This document shows, piece after piece, positions 49,688-59,049 of a stretch of 64,000 nt of DNA. The translations under genes and the position numbers were made by a program. The notes under the pieces are model-generated. The model was not told the origin of the DNA. It worked only from the letters and a program-made list of their open reading frames with translations, and searched no databases. Source of the DNA: Candidatus Hadarchaeota archaeon. Its GTDB lineage: Archaea; CAYQAE01; CAYVLA01. Position 1 is the stretch's first letter, and each line of letters starts with the position of its first letter. The DNA is taken from NCBI GenBank assembly GCA_964621445.1, contig CAZUNO010000010.1, forward strand, positions 1 through 64,000. Reading direction: 5' to 3'.

Positions 49688-50233
49688 TTGAACTTGACGC
49701 TGCTACCGCTAGGAGATCCGGCTTCAAATGTCCTGGACATGCTCTGTATTGGTGTGCCCAGATGCTTCTACTCGATTTTCACGACCTGCAAGATCCAAGA
49801 AGAACAGGACCTCCCAGGGGATGCATACAACCCGGATCGGAATCAATATGATTCCTCAATTGTATTGAACAACATTGGGCATACCCCCGAATTGCCAAAA
49901 TCAGGTAAGCTATTAGGTGTCACCCAACGTGATATGTATGCTGGAGATCTCAATTTCGTGTTCGGCCAGGCCCAATGCCCGGGCTCTATAGCCGTGATCT
50001 CCACCCATCGTTTAATTGATACTGATAGGGAAGGGCTATTTCTGGAACGAAATTTGAAGGAGGCCACACACGAGATAGGGCACACTTTTGGTTTAAGACA
50101 CTGCTCCAATCAAAGATGCGCCATGAGTTTTTCCAACTCCATCCTGGATGTTGACAGAAAGCTGCCCCTTTTTTGCGCGAATTGCAGGAATATGTTGGGT
50201 CTAGAATCAAAAAGTAACGCGACATGTTCATAA
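49688..50233 (+). CDS. amzA: Archaemetzincin zinc metalloprotease
   Basis: NFVFG, HEIGHTFGLRHC....CAM.FS, FCANC. Confidence 0.93.
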   Translation: MNLTLLPLGDPASNVLDMLCIGVPRCFYSIFTTCKIQEEQDLPGDAYNPDRNQYDSSIVLNNIGHTPELPKSGKLLGVTQRDMYAGDLNFVFGQAQCPGSIAVISTHRLIDTDREGLFLERNLKEATHEIGHTFGLRHCSNQRCAMSFSNSILDVDRKLPLFCANCRNMLGLESKSNATCS

Positions 50234-50284
50234 CAATAATACTTTAGAAACATACTAAAATATTCAATATAATGCAATAATACG

Positions 50285-50316
50285 GATAAATACGCCAAAT
50301 TCTTGGCGTATTTATC
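50285..50316. repeat. Perfect 14-bp inverted repeat with 4-nt spacer
   Basis: GATAAATACGCCAA-ATTC-TTGGCGTATTTATC in an AT-rich intergenic tract. Confidence 0.9.
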
Positions 50317-50342
50317 ATTTTTCACACTAAAATTCCGAAATA

Positions 50343-50350
50343 TTTATAAG
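50343..50350 (+). promoter_or_regulatory. TATA box with upstream BRE-like purines and no annotated downstream gene
   Basis: CCGAAATA-TTTATAAG. Confidence 0.5.
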
Positions 50351-50613
50351 ATAGTAGGCAACTCTCAATACGAGGATCCGACAGGGTGGATCTGGAGCAA
50401 TCGGCCATGCAGACCAGCCTCAGTATGTGCCCAAATGAAGTGCCTAACGGAACCTTCGGAGAAGACACTCAAAGGCTGGTCAACCACGCCCCCCTCCTCG
50501 TCTGCCTAGTTCTCGGCTTCTTGTTTCCCTCCCTGCGATAATAGAACTCCCTTCCCTGAAACCAAATGCAGGGCCGCCCTGCCGTGATCCCCACTTCGAT
50601 CCAGACCCAATTT

Positions 50614-51660
50614 CTATAGGGAGATTATCTCATCCTTAGCGAGGATATATCCTCTTATCTGGGCCTTTGGAGCATCGTCAACGATGTAATTAACGATGAG
50701 GATGGAGTCATCTTCCCTAATACACCACCCAGTGTACCCGGTGTCCGGAGAGGTGCTTCTATCATAATCTATGGGAAATATGCGACCTCCCGCACCATCT
50801 TCTAATCCGTCAAATAGCATCCCGGGGTCCATGATAGCTCCAAGAACTAGGGTGTTCTTCATCCCTTGTCCTATGTAGCATCTGTAGGTCACAAGAACCT
50901 TTTCTTTCCACCACTCGGCAACCGGTCTGTGGCATCCAGGTAGAGGAAGGGTTTCCGGCTTTTCCCATTCCCCCAGTTCCGGTTTCAATATGGCTTTGTA
51001 TCCGGGTCGACCTAGGCCGGAGTTCTCCCTCATGATAAATAAAAGGCTCCCTTCATGATTCAAAAGCGATCCCTCACATAGGTTCAGATCCGGATCAGCG
51101 GCCACGATTGTCGGCTGACACCAGTTCTTCCCATCAGATGATGTCCAGAGCAACTGTCGAAGATTTCCCGTATATGGTGAGAGATCATGAGTTCCCAGAG
51201 CTAAGGTGCCATCGGGAAGATCTCTCACCTTGTCCGGAACGATGCCCTGAACGCCGGTAGGTTCTGGTCCTTGCCAATTCTGACCGTCATTGCTCCACCA
51301 CAGGTATACCTCAAATTCCCGGGTGGTTCTTTCGGATTCCGGCCATTTTGTTAAATCGCAAGCCAAAACAAAACGATCCCCCATAACCTGCGAAATTCGA
51401 GGGCAGTTCCATCCTGCAGTCTTATTCACCGAGCCTCTGGTCTCGGATATTATCTTTCTCCGGGTCCAGGTGGAACCGCCATCGGTACTGGATCTGGTGA
51501 CGATGCGAGTAAAATTACCTGGTACATGTCCCTGGCTCTCGCGATAAACGCAGACCAGAGTTCCGTCATTCAAACTAACAACATCAGGAAAGCACTCGTA
51601 AACCGAGTCATTCCTGGATATCGTAAAGTACTCCAAGAGTACACCGTTACTCAGAAGCAT
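50614..51660 (-). CDS. Sialidase-like BNR/Asp-box beta-propeller
   Basis: SSTDGGSTW, SNDGQNW, SSDGKNW Asp boxes; DTGYTG. Confidence 0.85.
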   Translation of the reverse strand: MLLSNGVLLEYFTISRNDSVYECFPDVVSLNDGTLVCVYRESQGHVPGNFTRIVTRSSTDGGSTWTRRKIISETRGSVNKTAGWNCPRISQVMGDRFVLACDLTKWPESERTTREFEVYLWWSNDGQNWQGPEPTGVQGIVPDKVRDLPDGTLALGTHDLSPYTGNLRQLLWTSSDGKNWCQPTIVAADPDLNLCEGSLLNHEGSLLFIMRENSGLGRPGYKAILKPELGEWEKPETLPLPGCHRPVAEWWKEKVLVTYRCYIGQGMKNTLVLGAIMDPGMLFDGLEDGAGGRIFPIDYDRSTSPDTGYTGWCIREDDSILIVNYIVDDAPKAQIRGYILAKDEIISL

Positions 51661-51677
51661 CCAGACTAATCACCTTT

Positions 51678-53864
51678 TTGTGTGATCGCCCTGAGAGTCA
51701 GGCCATGCCGTTGAAATCAGGAAGTGAGGACTTCGAGAGGAACTGGAGTTTTCATATCGGTGAACTAGGGGAAACGGAGTTCTCGACAATCGATCCATCG
51801 AGCTATGAGAAGGTTAGGCTTCCTCACACCTTCAATTCTGGTGACACCTTTGATCAAAGTAGGGGCTATTACCGGGGTCCCGCATGGTATTTGAAGGAGT
51901 TCGACACATGTCATGAACCCGGAAATAGGTATTACCTGAGATTTCACAGAACCTGGGGATCAAGCAGGATATGGCTAAATGATGTGTATCAGGGCGAATA
52001 TTACCAGGGGCTTTCCGGTTTTGAGATTGAGGTAACGGATGACATAAAGAGAGGACGTAATGTCCTAGCGGTGAGAATTGACAATTCTCACCAGGCCGGT
52101 TTACTTCCCGGAAAAACGATACCGGACTATAATGTGTACGGAGGGTTATGTGGAAATGTTCAACTGGTAAGTAAACCTGGAGAACACCTAGCTTGGAGGT
52201 CCGTATTCTTCAGATCTCTGGACCCCAATCATCCGGAAAAGCTCTCAATAGATTTGGAAATAGCTAGGGACGGGGACCACGAGGGGGATTCGGCTATCCA
52301 GGTATCGATTTGCGATCAAGATGGGGAGGCTGTAGTTGAAAACACCCATCCCATACAATCAGGAAAAAACCATGTCCACTTAGTTGAAGAGATTCCCAGT
52401 CCGAGTCTATGGTCACCTGATTCACCATACTTGTATGAAGCCAGAATCAGGCTCATGAAGGAGGGACAAACCATTGACCAGGAGACCGTAAGTTTTGGAA
52501 TTAGACACTTTCATTTCGACAGCCAGAATGGATTCAAACTAAATGGAAAACGGGTCCAACTGCGGGGTGTTAATCGACATGAGGATTTCCCGGGTCTTGG
52601 AAACGTTTTGCCGGCTAGATTCAACAATGCGGATGCGGAAATAATAAAGGACCTTGGTGGTAATTTCGTGCGAACATCTCATTATCCTCAGAGCCCCTCT
52701 TTCCTGGAGGCGTGTGATCGGCTTGGAATAATGGTTTACGAGGAGATAACTACCTGGCAGTTCATAGGAGGAAAGGATTTTCTGAAAAGTGCAGATCGGA
52801 TTATGGACTCGATGGTCAGGAGGGACAGAAATCATCCCTCGGTCATATTATGGGGGATGATGAATGAGGGAAGATCTCCCAAGCTCTTAAGGCAATTGAG
52901 GACAACCGGGAAAAAATTGGATCCTACCAGGCCCACGATATATGCCGATAATAAGCTGGACGAGGGCGGTTATCTAGGGACCATATCGATGCCAGATGTG
53001 CTGGGCATAAATTACAGTCTGGACGAGATCGAGGATTTCCATGAGGATCATCCAGAAATAAGGCTCCTGGTAAGCGAACATACCAATGCCGATGGGACCA
53101 AACGTGGATGTTCGGAGGCCGAGAAGGAACAGGCACGCCGAATATCCGAAGATCTAGACATCATCGAATCCAGACCCTTCATTGCCGGCAGCACTCTCTG
53201 GTCGATGCACGATTATGGAACTGACTACGAACCGGTGTGGCCCATACAGAAATCCGGTATACTGGACATCTATAGAAATCCAAAGGAGGCCTACCACATG
53301 CTTCGTGCCAGGTGGAGTGAGACTCCCGTTCTTCATCTGGCCTCGGATTGGAATAACGCCCACCAGGAGGGTGAAATGGTGGAGGTTAGAGTATACACTA
53401 ACTGCGAAACAATACAATTATTCCTTGGTGGAGGGCCCGTTGGAGAGAAAAAAGGAGCCAATCCCCAAATCTGGCAGGTCCCCTTCCGGGATGCCGAACT
53501 TAAGGTTATTGGAATTAATGATGGGGTTGAGCCGGTTAGCAGATCCATAATTTTGCCGGGTGAGCCCGAAAAAATCGAGCTAACCAGTCCAAGAAAAATA
53601 CGTTCCGATGGAGAGGACTGCATATTGCTGGAAGCCAGGGTTACAGATGGGGAAGGCATTATGGTGCCGGACCATAGATTTAATATCTACTTTGAATGTG
53701 ATGGTCCGGGAAGAATTATTGGGATTGGAAATGCCCGGATGGTTCCGACAGTTGATGGAATCGCCAATATTGTTCTTTCTTCGGATATCAAGAGGGGTGA
53801 GATCGTGGTGACCGCTTCTTCTCATGGGTTAAAAAAGGCGATGAGGAAAGTCGAGGCTTATTGA
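51678..53864 (+). CDS. Glycoside hydrolase family 2 (beta-galactosidase-like)
   Basis: GVNRHED, RTSHYP, RDRNHPSVILWGMMNE, VSE nucleophile. Confidence 0.93.
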   Translation: MCDRPESQAMPLKSGSEDFERNWSFHIGELGETEFSTIDPSSYEKVRLPHTFNSGDTFDQSRGYYRGPAWYLKEFDTCHEPGNRYYLRFHRTWGSSRIWLNDVYQGEYYQGLSGFEIEVTDDIKRGRNVLAVRIDNSHQAGLLPGKTIPDYNVYGGLCGNVQLVSKPGEHLAWRSVFFRSLDPNHPEKLSIDLEIARDGDHEGDSAIQVSICDQDGEAVVENTHPIQSGKNHVHLVEEIPSPSLWSPDSPYLYEARIRLMKEGQTIDQETVSFGIRHFHFDSQNGFKLNGKRVQLRGVNRHEDFPGLGNVLPARFNNADAEIIKDLGGNFVRTSHYPQSPSFLEACDRLGIMVYEEITTWQFIGGKDFLKSADRIMDSMVRRDRNHPSVILWGMMNEGRSPKLLRQLRTTGKKLDPTRPTIYADNKLDEGGYLGTISMPDVLGINYSLDEIEDFHEDHPEIRLLVSEHTNADGTKRGCSEAEKEQARRISEDLDIIESRPFIAGSTLWSMHDYGTDYEPVWPIQKSGILDIYRNPKEAYHMLRARWSETPVLHLASDWNNAHQEGEMVEVRVYTNCETIQLFLGGGPVGEKKGANPQIWQVPFRDAELKVIGINDGVEPVSRSIILPGEPEKIELTSPRKIRSDGEDCILLEARVTDGEGIMVPDHRFNIYFECDGPGRIIGIGNARMVPTVDGIANIVLSSDIKRGEIVVTASSHGLKKAMRKVEAY

Positions 53865-53930
53865 GGGAAAAAGGAGATTAGCGGCGATTCGAGGTTCATT
53901 TAATTTTAATGACGGACCATCGTTGATGGG

Positions 53931-53956
53931 ACAGGGAAATAAAACCATTTCCCTGT
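53931..53956. repeat. Perfect 10-bp inverted repeat (hairpin or operator)
   Basis: ACAGGGAAAT-AAAACC-ATTTCCCTGT. Confidence 0.8.
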
Positions 53957-54028
53957 ATTTGTAATACCAAATTAAGAAATGATATGTGACGGAGGATAGG
54001 CTTATAAGCAATCAAGTGAACGCTTGGA

Positions 54029-54577
54029 GTGAAAATCATGTTTGGACATAAAAAAGCAAGCCTATTTGTCATAATTTGCCTTGCAGTTCTCTCCGTAGGT
54101 GTGTTAGCAGCTTCGGTGGACCCGGTTCTTTTCGATGATTGGCAGGCAGGAGACGCCGATTCGGAATGCGAACAGGCCGACTGTGATGCTGAATATGCGT
54201 ATAAGATAGATGAGTGGAATGAGCCCGAATCAATGGATGGGTCCTACCTAACAGGACAGGGAAACACCATCACCATATCTAACGATGATGGATATACCTT
54301 CGATTGGGATTCCCAATGGTCGGTGACCTGCGTGATTGTCAAGGCTGCAGGCAAGGCGAATGTATTCTACTATCCTAATGGCGCTTATGGCGATACTGAA
54401 CTCTTTGCGCCAATGCGTGTTGTGGGTGGTGCAGACGGTACTTACCAGATAAGTCACGTTACTTTCTGCTATAATAGTCCCCAAGAACCTCCCACCGTCC
54501 CCGTGCTTCCCCTGATGGCGATTCCAGCGGGCTTGACAGTTGCCGGTTTATTGCTCCGAAGGAAGAGAGATAAATAG
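54029..54577 (+). CDS. Secreted acidic protein with C-terminal sorting signal
   Basis: Signal peptide; VIVKA..., ISHVTFCY; TVPVLP + TM + RRKR tail. Confidence 0.8.
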   Translation: MKIMFGHKKASLFVIICLAVLSVGVLAASVDPVLFDDWQAGDADSECEQADCDAEYAYKIDEWNEPESMDGSYLTGQGNTITISNDDGYTFDWDSQWSVTCVIVKAAGKANVFYYPNGAYGDTELFAPMRVVGGADGTYQISHVTFCYNSPQEPPTVPVLPLMAIPAGLTVAGLLLRRKRDK

Positions 54578-54706
54578 GCTGAATCTCCCTTTAGCGTCCT
54601 GAGTCAGTTCAAAGAAAGGACCTCTTAGACTGATCTTTTCGGAAAATTTATGCCCTTATCCAAGCGTAAACGGACACCAAATAGCTGAATTCCATTCTAT
54701 TATAGC

Positions 54707-54883
54707 TCAATCGAAATCGAAAATAGTTCTTCCCTTCGAGAAATGCATCACAAACCGGCAGTTGCTGCAAATCATGAGAATCACTTTGTGAGCGGTGACT
54801 CCCTACTTGCTATCGATCTTTCCCTCTTCCTTTTCGAAATTAGTACCCCCGCAGAGAGGGCATTTGAGATTAGCGGTATTCAT
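54707..54883 (-). pseudogene. Small Zn-ribbon protein interrupted by an in-frame TAG (not in ORF track)
   Basis: MNTANLKCPLCGGTNFEKEEGKIDSK*GVTAHKVILMICSNCRFVMHFSKGRTIFDFD; TAG at 54803-54805 lies between the two CxxC pairs. Confidence 0.75.
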
Positions 54884-55043
54884 ACTATCACATTGATCCA
54901 TTTTATTCTTTTTAGTCATCTCTCTGAAACTTTATTGATCTTCGGTGAAGATCACAGCTCATTGATAGGAGGCAGTGCCGAAGATTTTCTGCTTACTCGA
55001 TTTCAAGCAAGATTATTTAGATCTGACGTTAATAGGCTTTCCT

Positions 55044-57599
55044 ATGAATGGGCGTCATTTCTTAGCCACCCTGGCATTGTTATCCATACTGGCAACGCCT
55101 GTTTTTTCCACATCAACCAGGCCGAAACATATCCACCTAGGTTGGCTGAATGATACCAGAACCACGGTTACCATAAGTTGGCGGACCGAATACGAATCTC
55201 CTGGAATCGTTGAATATGGCTTGGACTCCAGTTATGGCCAATCAGTTTCCGGACCCAATGGCAGGATTCACCATGTGGAGCTCTCGAACCTTGAACCCGA
55301 AACCACCTATCATTTTAGATGCGGTTGTGATGGAGCCTGGTCAAGGGATCTAAGCTTCACCACCGCTCCATCAAGCCCTGAAACGCCATTCAAGTTTGTG
55401 GCCCTTGGTGATTCGAGAACCAATATGTATGTGTGGAATGACATCTGCGAGGCCGTATCAAAGAGCAACGCACCTTTCTGCATCCACACCGGGGACCTGG
55501 TTTCAGAAGGGGATCGACAGGAGCAATGGAATCAATGGTTTGAATCCGGTCAAAGCCTGCTTTCAGGGACTGTTTTCATGCCTACAATCGGAGGACACGA
55601 GAAGAATTCACACAAATATTTTGAGCAGTTCGCGCTTCCTGAGCCACAGCAATGGTATTCCTTTGACTATGGAAATGTACACTTCGTCGCTTTATCTACG
55701 GAGAACTGGATGGAGGGGCCCCAAAAGGAATGGTTGGAAAAAGATCTCTCGTCCACCGATGCCCTTTGGAAAATCGTATTCTATCACATCCCGATGTATA
55801 GCTCGGGAAGTCATGGACCATCTCCCCGTGTGCAACAGGCCTGGAGGGATATATTTGACCGCTATCACGTAGATCTGGTATTCAACGGGCACGATCACCT
55901 CTACTCCAGGTCCCTACCCATATACAATGGAAAGATGACCAATTTCACGGATAGAGGGACCATACATATGGTTACCGGTGGGGCAGGAGCCCCCTTGCAT
56001 GGGGTTGAGCCAAATGATTTTGACTGGCTGGGCAAGGCTTTGACCATATACCATTACGTTATAGTGGAGGTCAATGGAAGTAGGCTTCATCTCGAGGCCC
56101 GTACCATCGATAATGAAACTTTTGATGTCCTTGATATAGACAAGAAGCTCTCACCGGACCTGGTGGTGGAGGACCCGGTCATGAATCCGGAGATACCTTC
56201 TCCGAACTCGGAGGGGGTCATATCTGCTACGGTGATTAATAGAGGGCACTTAACATCGAATGAAACCGATTTGATTTTATTATCCAATAGCACCGAGTGC
56301 CTGGAAATATCCGTCCCCTCCCTGGAGCCAGGCGAAAGTTGGAGAATGGAGGCTGATTGGAGTGGGGTGAAAGGCAAACATAACCTCACCATGATAATTG
56401 ATCCACAAAACGAGATCGATGAAGGTGTAATGGAGTGGAATAACGGGGCCTCGTTGCTCGTTGACGTTTCACCCCCAAAACCGGACCTGATACCCCTCTC
56501 TTTGGATGTTGAAAGTGGAGATTTGATGGCTGGAGAGATCTCCACCCTTAGCACGACCGTCAAGAACATTGGGAACAGTGCCTCCGAGTCATGTATCTGT
56601 GTATTCTCGGCTGGTCAAATTCAAAGAGTAGCCACTGTTCCTGGACTATTGGAGAATTCAACAACGGAAGTAGTTTTCGAGAATATAGCCCTAGATGTCG
56701 GGGATTGGGAGGGAAAGATCATCGTGGATGGGAATCAAAGTGTCGAGGAGATCCGTGAGGGTAATAACTTGCTCGAGGTGCCGATTTCCGTAAGGGAGTT
56801 CATAAGCAAAAATGGCGCACATTATCCGAAGGGGGCTGTTGAAGGAGAACCCTTGATAATTAGATATGACGACCGCAATGGATCTCTTCCGCAGAATTCG
56901 GATTCCTGTGCCATAATTTGGGGAATCAACGACTGGAATCCTCCCGAATCCCGGCCAGTCAATACCGCCTCTAGTGACCAGGGTGCTGAAACGGTAATGC
57001 ACAGGGGGTTGGGAGGTTATTGGACGGTCTACCTCCCGGTGACCAAAAAGGTCAATATGGTGAATTTCAAATTCAGAAATGGACAATTAACCGGAGACAC
57101 TATTGATGATAACCAGGGGAACGAATGGATGGTTCCCACAAAGGGATGGGCCTTGGAATTAGTCGAGGAATTAAGGACCTCATTAATTCAAGCTAATGAG
57201 CAGGGACTTCACTTACCCAATTACCAGGAGCAGCTCGGACAGGCCAATGAATCCCTTGAAGATGAGGACTATCTGCGGGCGGTATCAATTGTGGGTAATG
57301 CGACCAGAGAGGTAAAGACCAGGACTCTGAATTCCTACTATGAGACGGTCAATGCCTCCTACTTTGAAGCGGTCAATCTAGGTGCTTCAATACCAAGAGG
57401 CCCGGTTCTGCTCAATGCAGCACAAGAGGCGATAGAGGAATGCAATTTCCGGGCCGCCAGGAGCTGCTTGGACAGGGTTAAAGGGATGGTCTTGGAGGCG
57501 AAGGAACAGATACCGGAATTAAGTCCCTCATTAACTTTATTCGTCCTGGTAATTATGGTGATCGGTATAGGGAAAAAGGGAAGCCAGGAAGGGCATTGA
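55044..57599 (+). CDS. Cell-surface metallophosphoesterase (FN3 + purple acid phosphatase-like + 2 CARDB + C-terminal anchor)
   Basis: GDSR, GDLV, GGHE, GHDH motifs; CARDB repeats PDL...N.G...IDP.N...E..E.NN; IPE + TM + KK. Confidence 0.85.
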   Translation: MNGRHFLATLALLSILATPVFSTSTRPKHIHLGWLNDTRTTVTISWRTEYESPGIVEYGLDSSYGQSVSGPNGRIHHVELSNLEPETTYHFRCGCDGAWSRDLSFTTAPSSPETPFKFVALGDSRTNMYVWNDICEAVSKSNAPFCIHTGDLVSEGDRQEQWNQWFESGQSLLSGTVFMPTIGGHEKNSHKYFEQFALPEPQQWYSFDYGNVHFVALSTENWMEGPQKEWLEKDLSSTDALWKIVFYHIPMYSSGSHGPSPRVQQAWRDIFDRYHVDLVFNGHDHLYSRSLPIYNGKMTNFTDRGTIHMVTGGAGAPLHGVEPNDFDWLGKALTIYHYVIVEVNGSRLHLEARTIDNETFDVLDIDKKLSPDLVVEDPVMNPEIPSPNSEGVISATVINRGHLTSNETDLILLSNSTECLEISVPSLEPGESWRMEADWSGVKGKHNLTMIIDPQNEIDEGVMEWNNGASLLVDVSPPKPDLIPLSLDVESGDLMAGEISTLSTTVKNIGNSASESCICVFSAGQIQRVATVPGLLENSTTEVVFENIALDVGDWEGKIIVDGNQSVEEIREGNNLLEVPISVREFISKNGAHYPKGAVEGEPLIIRYDDRNGSLPQNSDSCAIIWGINDWNPPESRPVNTASSDQGAETVMHRGLGGYWTVYLPVTKKVNMVNFKFRNGQLTGDTIDDNQGNEWMVPTKGWALELVEELRTSLIQANEQGLHLPNYQEQLGQANESLEDEDYLRAVSIVGNATREVKTRTLNSYYETVNASYFEAVNLGASIPRGPVLLNAAQEAIEECNFRAARSCLDRVKGMVLEAKEQIPELSPSLTLFVLVIMVIGIGKKGSQEGH

Positions 57600-57662
57600 T
57601 GGATAGGTACCAAGAGGGTTTCGGTAAAGGAATTCTGGTCAGTTACAAATCTCCAGTAACAA

Positions 57663-57670
57663 TTTTAACC
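57663..57670 (+). promoter_or_regulatory. Archaeal TATA box
   Basis: TTTTAACC ending 22 nt before ATG 57693. Confidence 0.5.
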
Positions 57671-57692
57671 TAGAAATATTCCATCTCGCCTC

Positions 57693-58997
57693 ATGAGTGT
57701 AGATAGCTCGGAAGCGGAAAGGCCAAATATCATCTTTATTCTGACGGATGACCTTGGTTACAAGGATCTTGGCTGTTATGGACAGGACAAGATTCTCACT
57801 CCTAACATCGACAGCATGCCCGCTGATGGGACTAGGTTTACAAACTGCTACTCGGGGAGTGCTGTTTGTGCCCCCTCGAGGAGCGTTTTGATGACCGGTC
57901 AGCACACGGGGCATACGAGGGTAAGAGGAAACTTCGCGAAGAAAGGAGGGGTTATGGTTCTTGATAACGGATCTCCTCAAAGAAGGGCAGGGATCAAAAG
58001 CGAGGATATCACCGTGGCCCAAAGGTTAAAGGAGGCCGGTTATTCTACTGGAATCACCGGAAAATGGGGTATAGCCGAGCCCAACACGCCGGGAATACCA
58101 ACAAAGAAGGGGTTTGATGATTGGTTCGGGTACCTGAATCAGCGACGAGCTCATACCTACTATCCTCCATATCTCTGGAGGAACGGGGAGAAGGCTATCC
58201 TGGAGGAAAATATCGGCGACCGCGAAGGTTGTTACTCCCACGATCTGTTTACGGACTTCGCTTTGGAATTCATCGAGAAAAACGCTGATGGACCATTCTT
58301 TCTTTACCTACCGTATACCACACCCCATGGAAAATTCGAGGTCCCTGATCTTGATCAATATTCGGACAAACCTTGGCCGGAAAAGGCCAAGGCGTTTGCG
58401 GCTATGGTAACCCGTCTTGATAATGACCTTGGTCGTATATTTTCCCTCCTGGAAGATAAGGGAATAGATGAAAATACCCTAACCTTCTTTTGCTCGGATA
58501 ATGGGGCCTCCAGCAATTGGGATGGATTATTCGAGAGCTTGAATGGATTCAGAGGAAGGAAAGGCGATCTCTATGAGGGCGGCATACGTGTCCCAATGGT
58601 AGTACATTGGCCGGGACATGTCCCTCATTCAGTGAGCGACTCTCCATGGTACTTCGCGGATTTCCTACCCACGGCTTGCTCTCTGGCCGGTATCGAGAAG
58701 CCTGGGAACATTGATGGTGTTGACGTAACCCCGACCCTCGTGGGTGAACCTCAGGAATTAGAACAAAGGCATATGTATTGGGAATTCTACTCCAAGGGTT
58801 TCCACCAGGCGGTTAGATTCGATAAATGGAAGGCAGTTCGGCACTCTTCGAAGGGTACGACCGAGCTTTACGATCTGTCGGATGACGTCTCGGAGAGCAA
58901 GGACCTATCTGAGGATAATCCTAAATTGGTACGGGAAATAGAAGCAAAGATGGATGAATCCCATGAACCATCTCCAAACTGGCCGGTCGGGGAATAG
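57693..58997 (+). CDS. Arylsulfatase (Cys-type)
   Basis: PNIIFILTDDLG, CAPSRSVLMTG, GKWG, SDNG. Confidence 0.95.
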   Translation: MSVDSSEAERPNIIFILTDDLGYKDLGCYGQDKILTPNIDSMPADGTRFTNCYSGSAVCAPSRSVLMTGQHTGHTRVRGNFAKKGGVMVLDNGSPQRRAGIKSEDITVAQRLKEAGYSTGITGKWGIAEPNTPGIPTKKGFDDWFGYLNQRRAHTYYPPYLWRNGEKAILEENIGDREGCYSHDLFTDFALEFIEKNADGPFFLYLPYTTPHGKFEVPDLDQYSDKPWPEKAKAFAAMVTRLDNDLGRIFSLLEDKGIDENTLTFFCSDNGASSNWDGLFESLNGFRGRKGDLYEGGIRVPMVVHWPGHVPHSVSDSPWYFADFLPTACSLAGIEKPGNIDGVDVTPTLVGEPQELEQRHMYWEFYSKGFHQAVRFDKWKAVRHSSKGTTELYDLSDDVSESKDLSEDNPKLVREIEAKMDESHEPSPNWPVGE

Positions 58998-59049
58998 TTA
59001 CCAGGGAAATTAGGGAAAATTAGGTTAAGCCCAAAGGGAAAGATGTAAG

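Noticed and set aside
50370-50612. SRP RNA, RNase P RNA or tmRNA
   Set aside because: Lacks the SRP helix-8 motif, the RNase P GAGGAAAGTCC motif and tRNA-like ends
54743-55153. 136-aa plus-strand ORF
   Set aside because: Shadow of the minus-strand Zn-ribbon pseudogene and overlaps the phosphoesterase start
2865-58997. Genome-wide TAG reassignment (pyrrolysine or Gln)
   Set aside because: TAG ends many genes at their natural C-termini (2867, 36533, 58997) and alternates with TAA/TGA at equivalent positions in family A paralogs. Internal stops also include TAA and TGA.
59002-59024. Short AGGGAAATT tandem repeat
   Set aside because: Only two imperfect copies; compatible with chance
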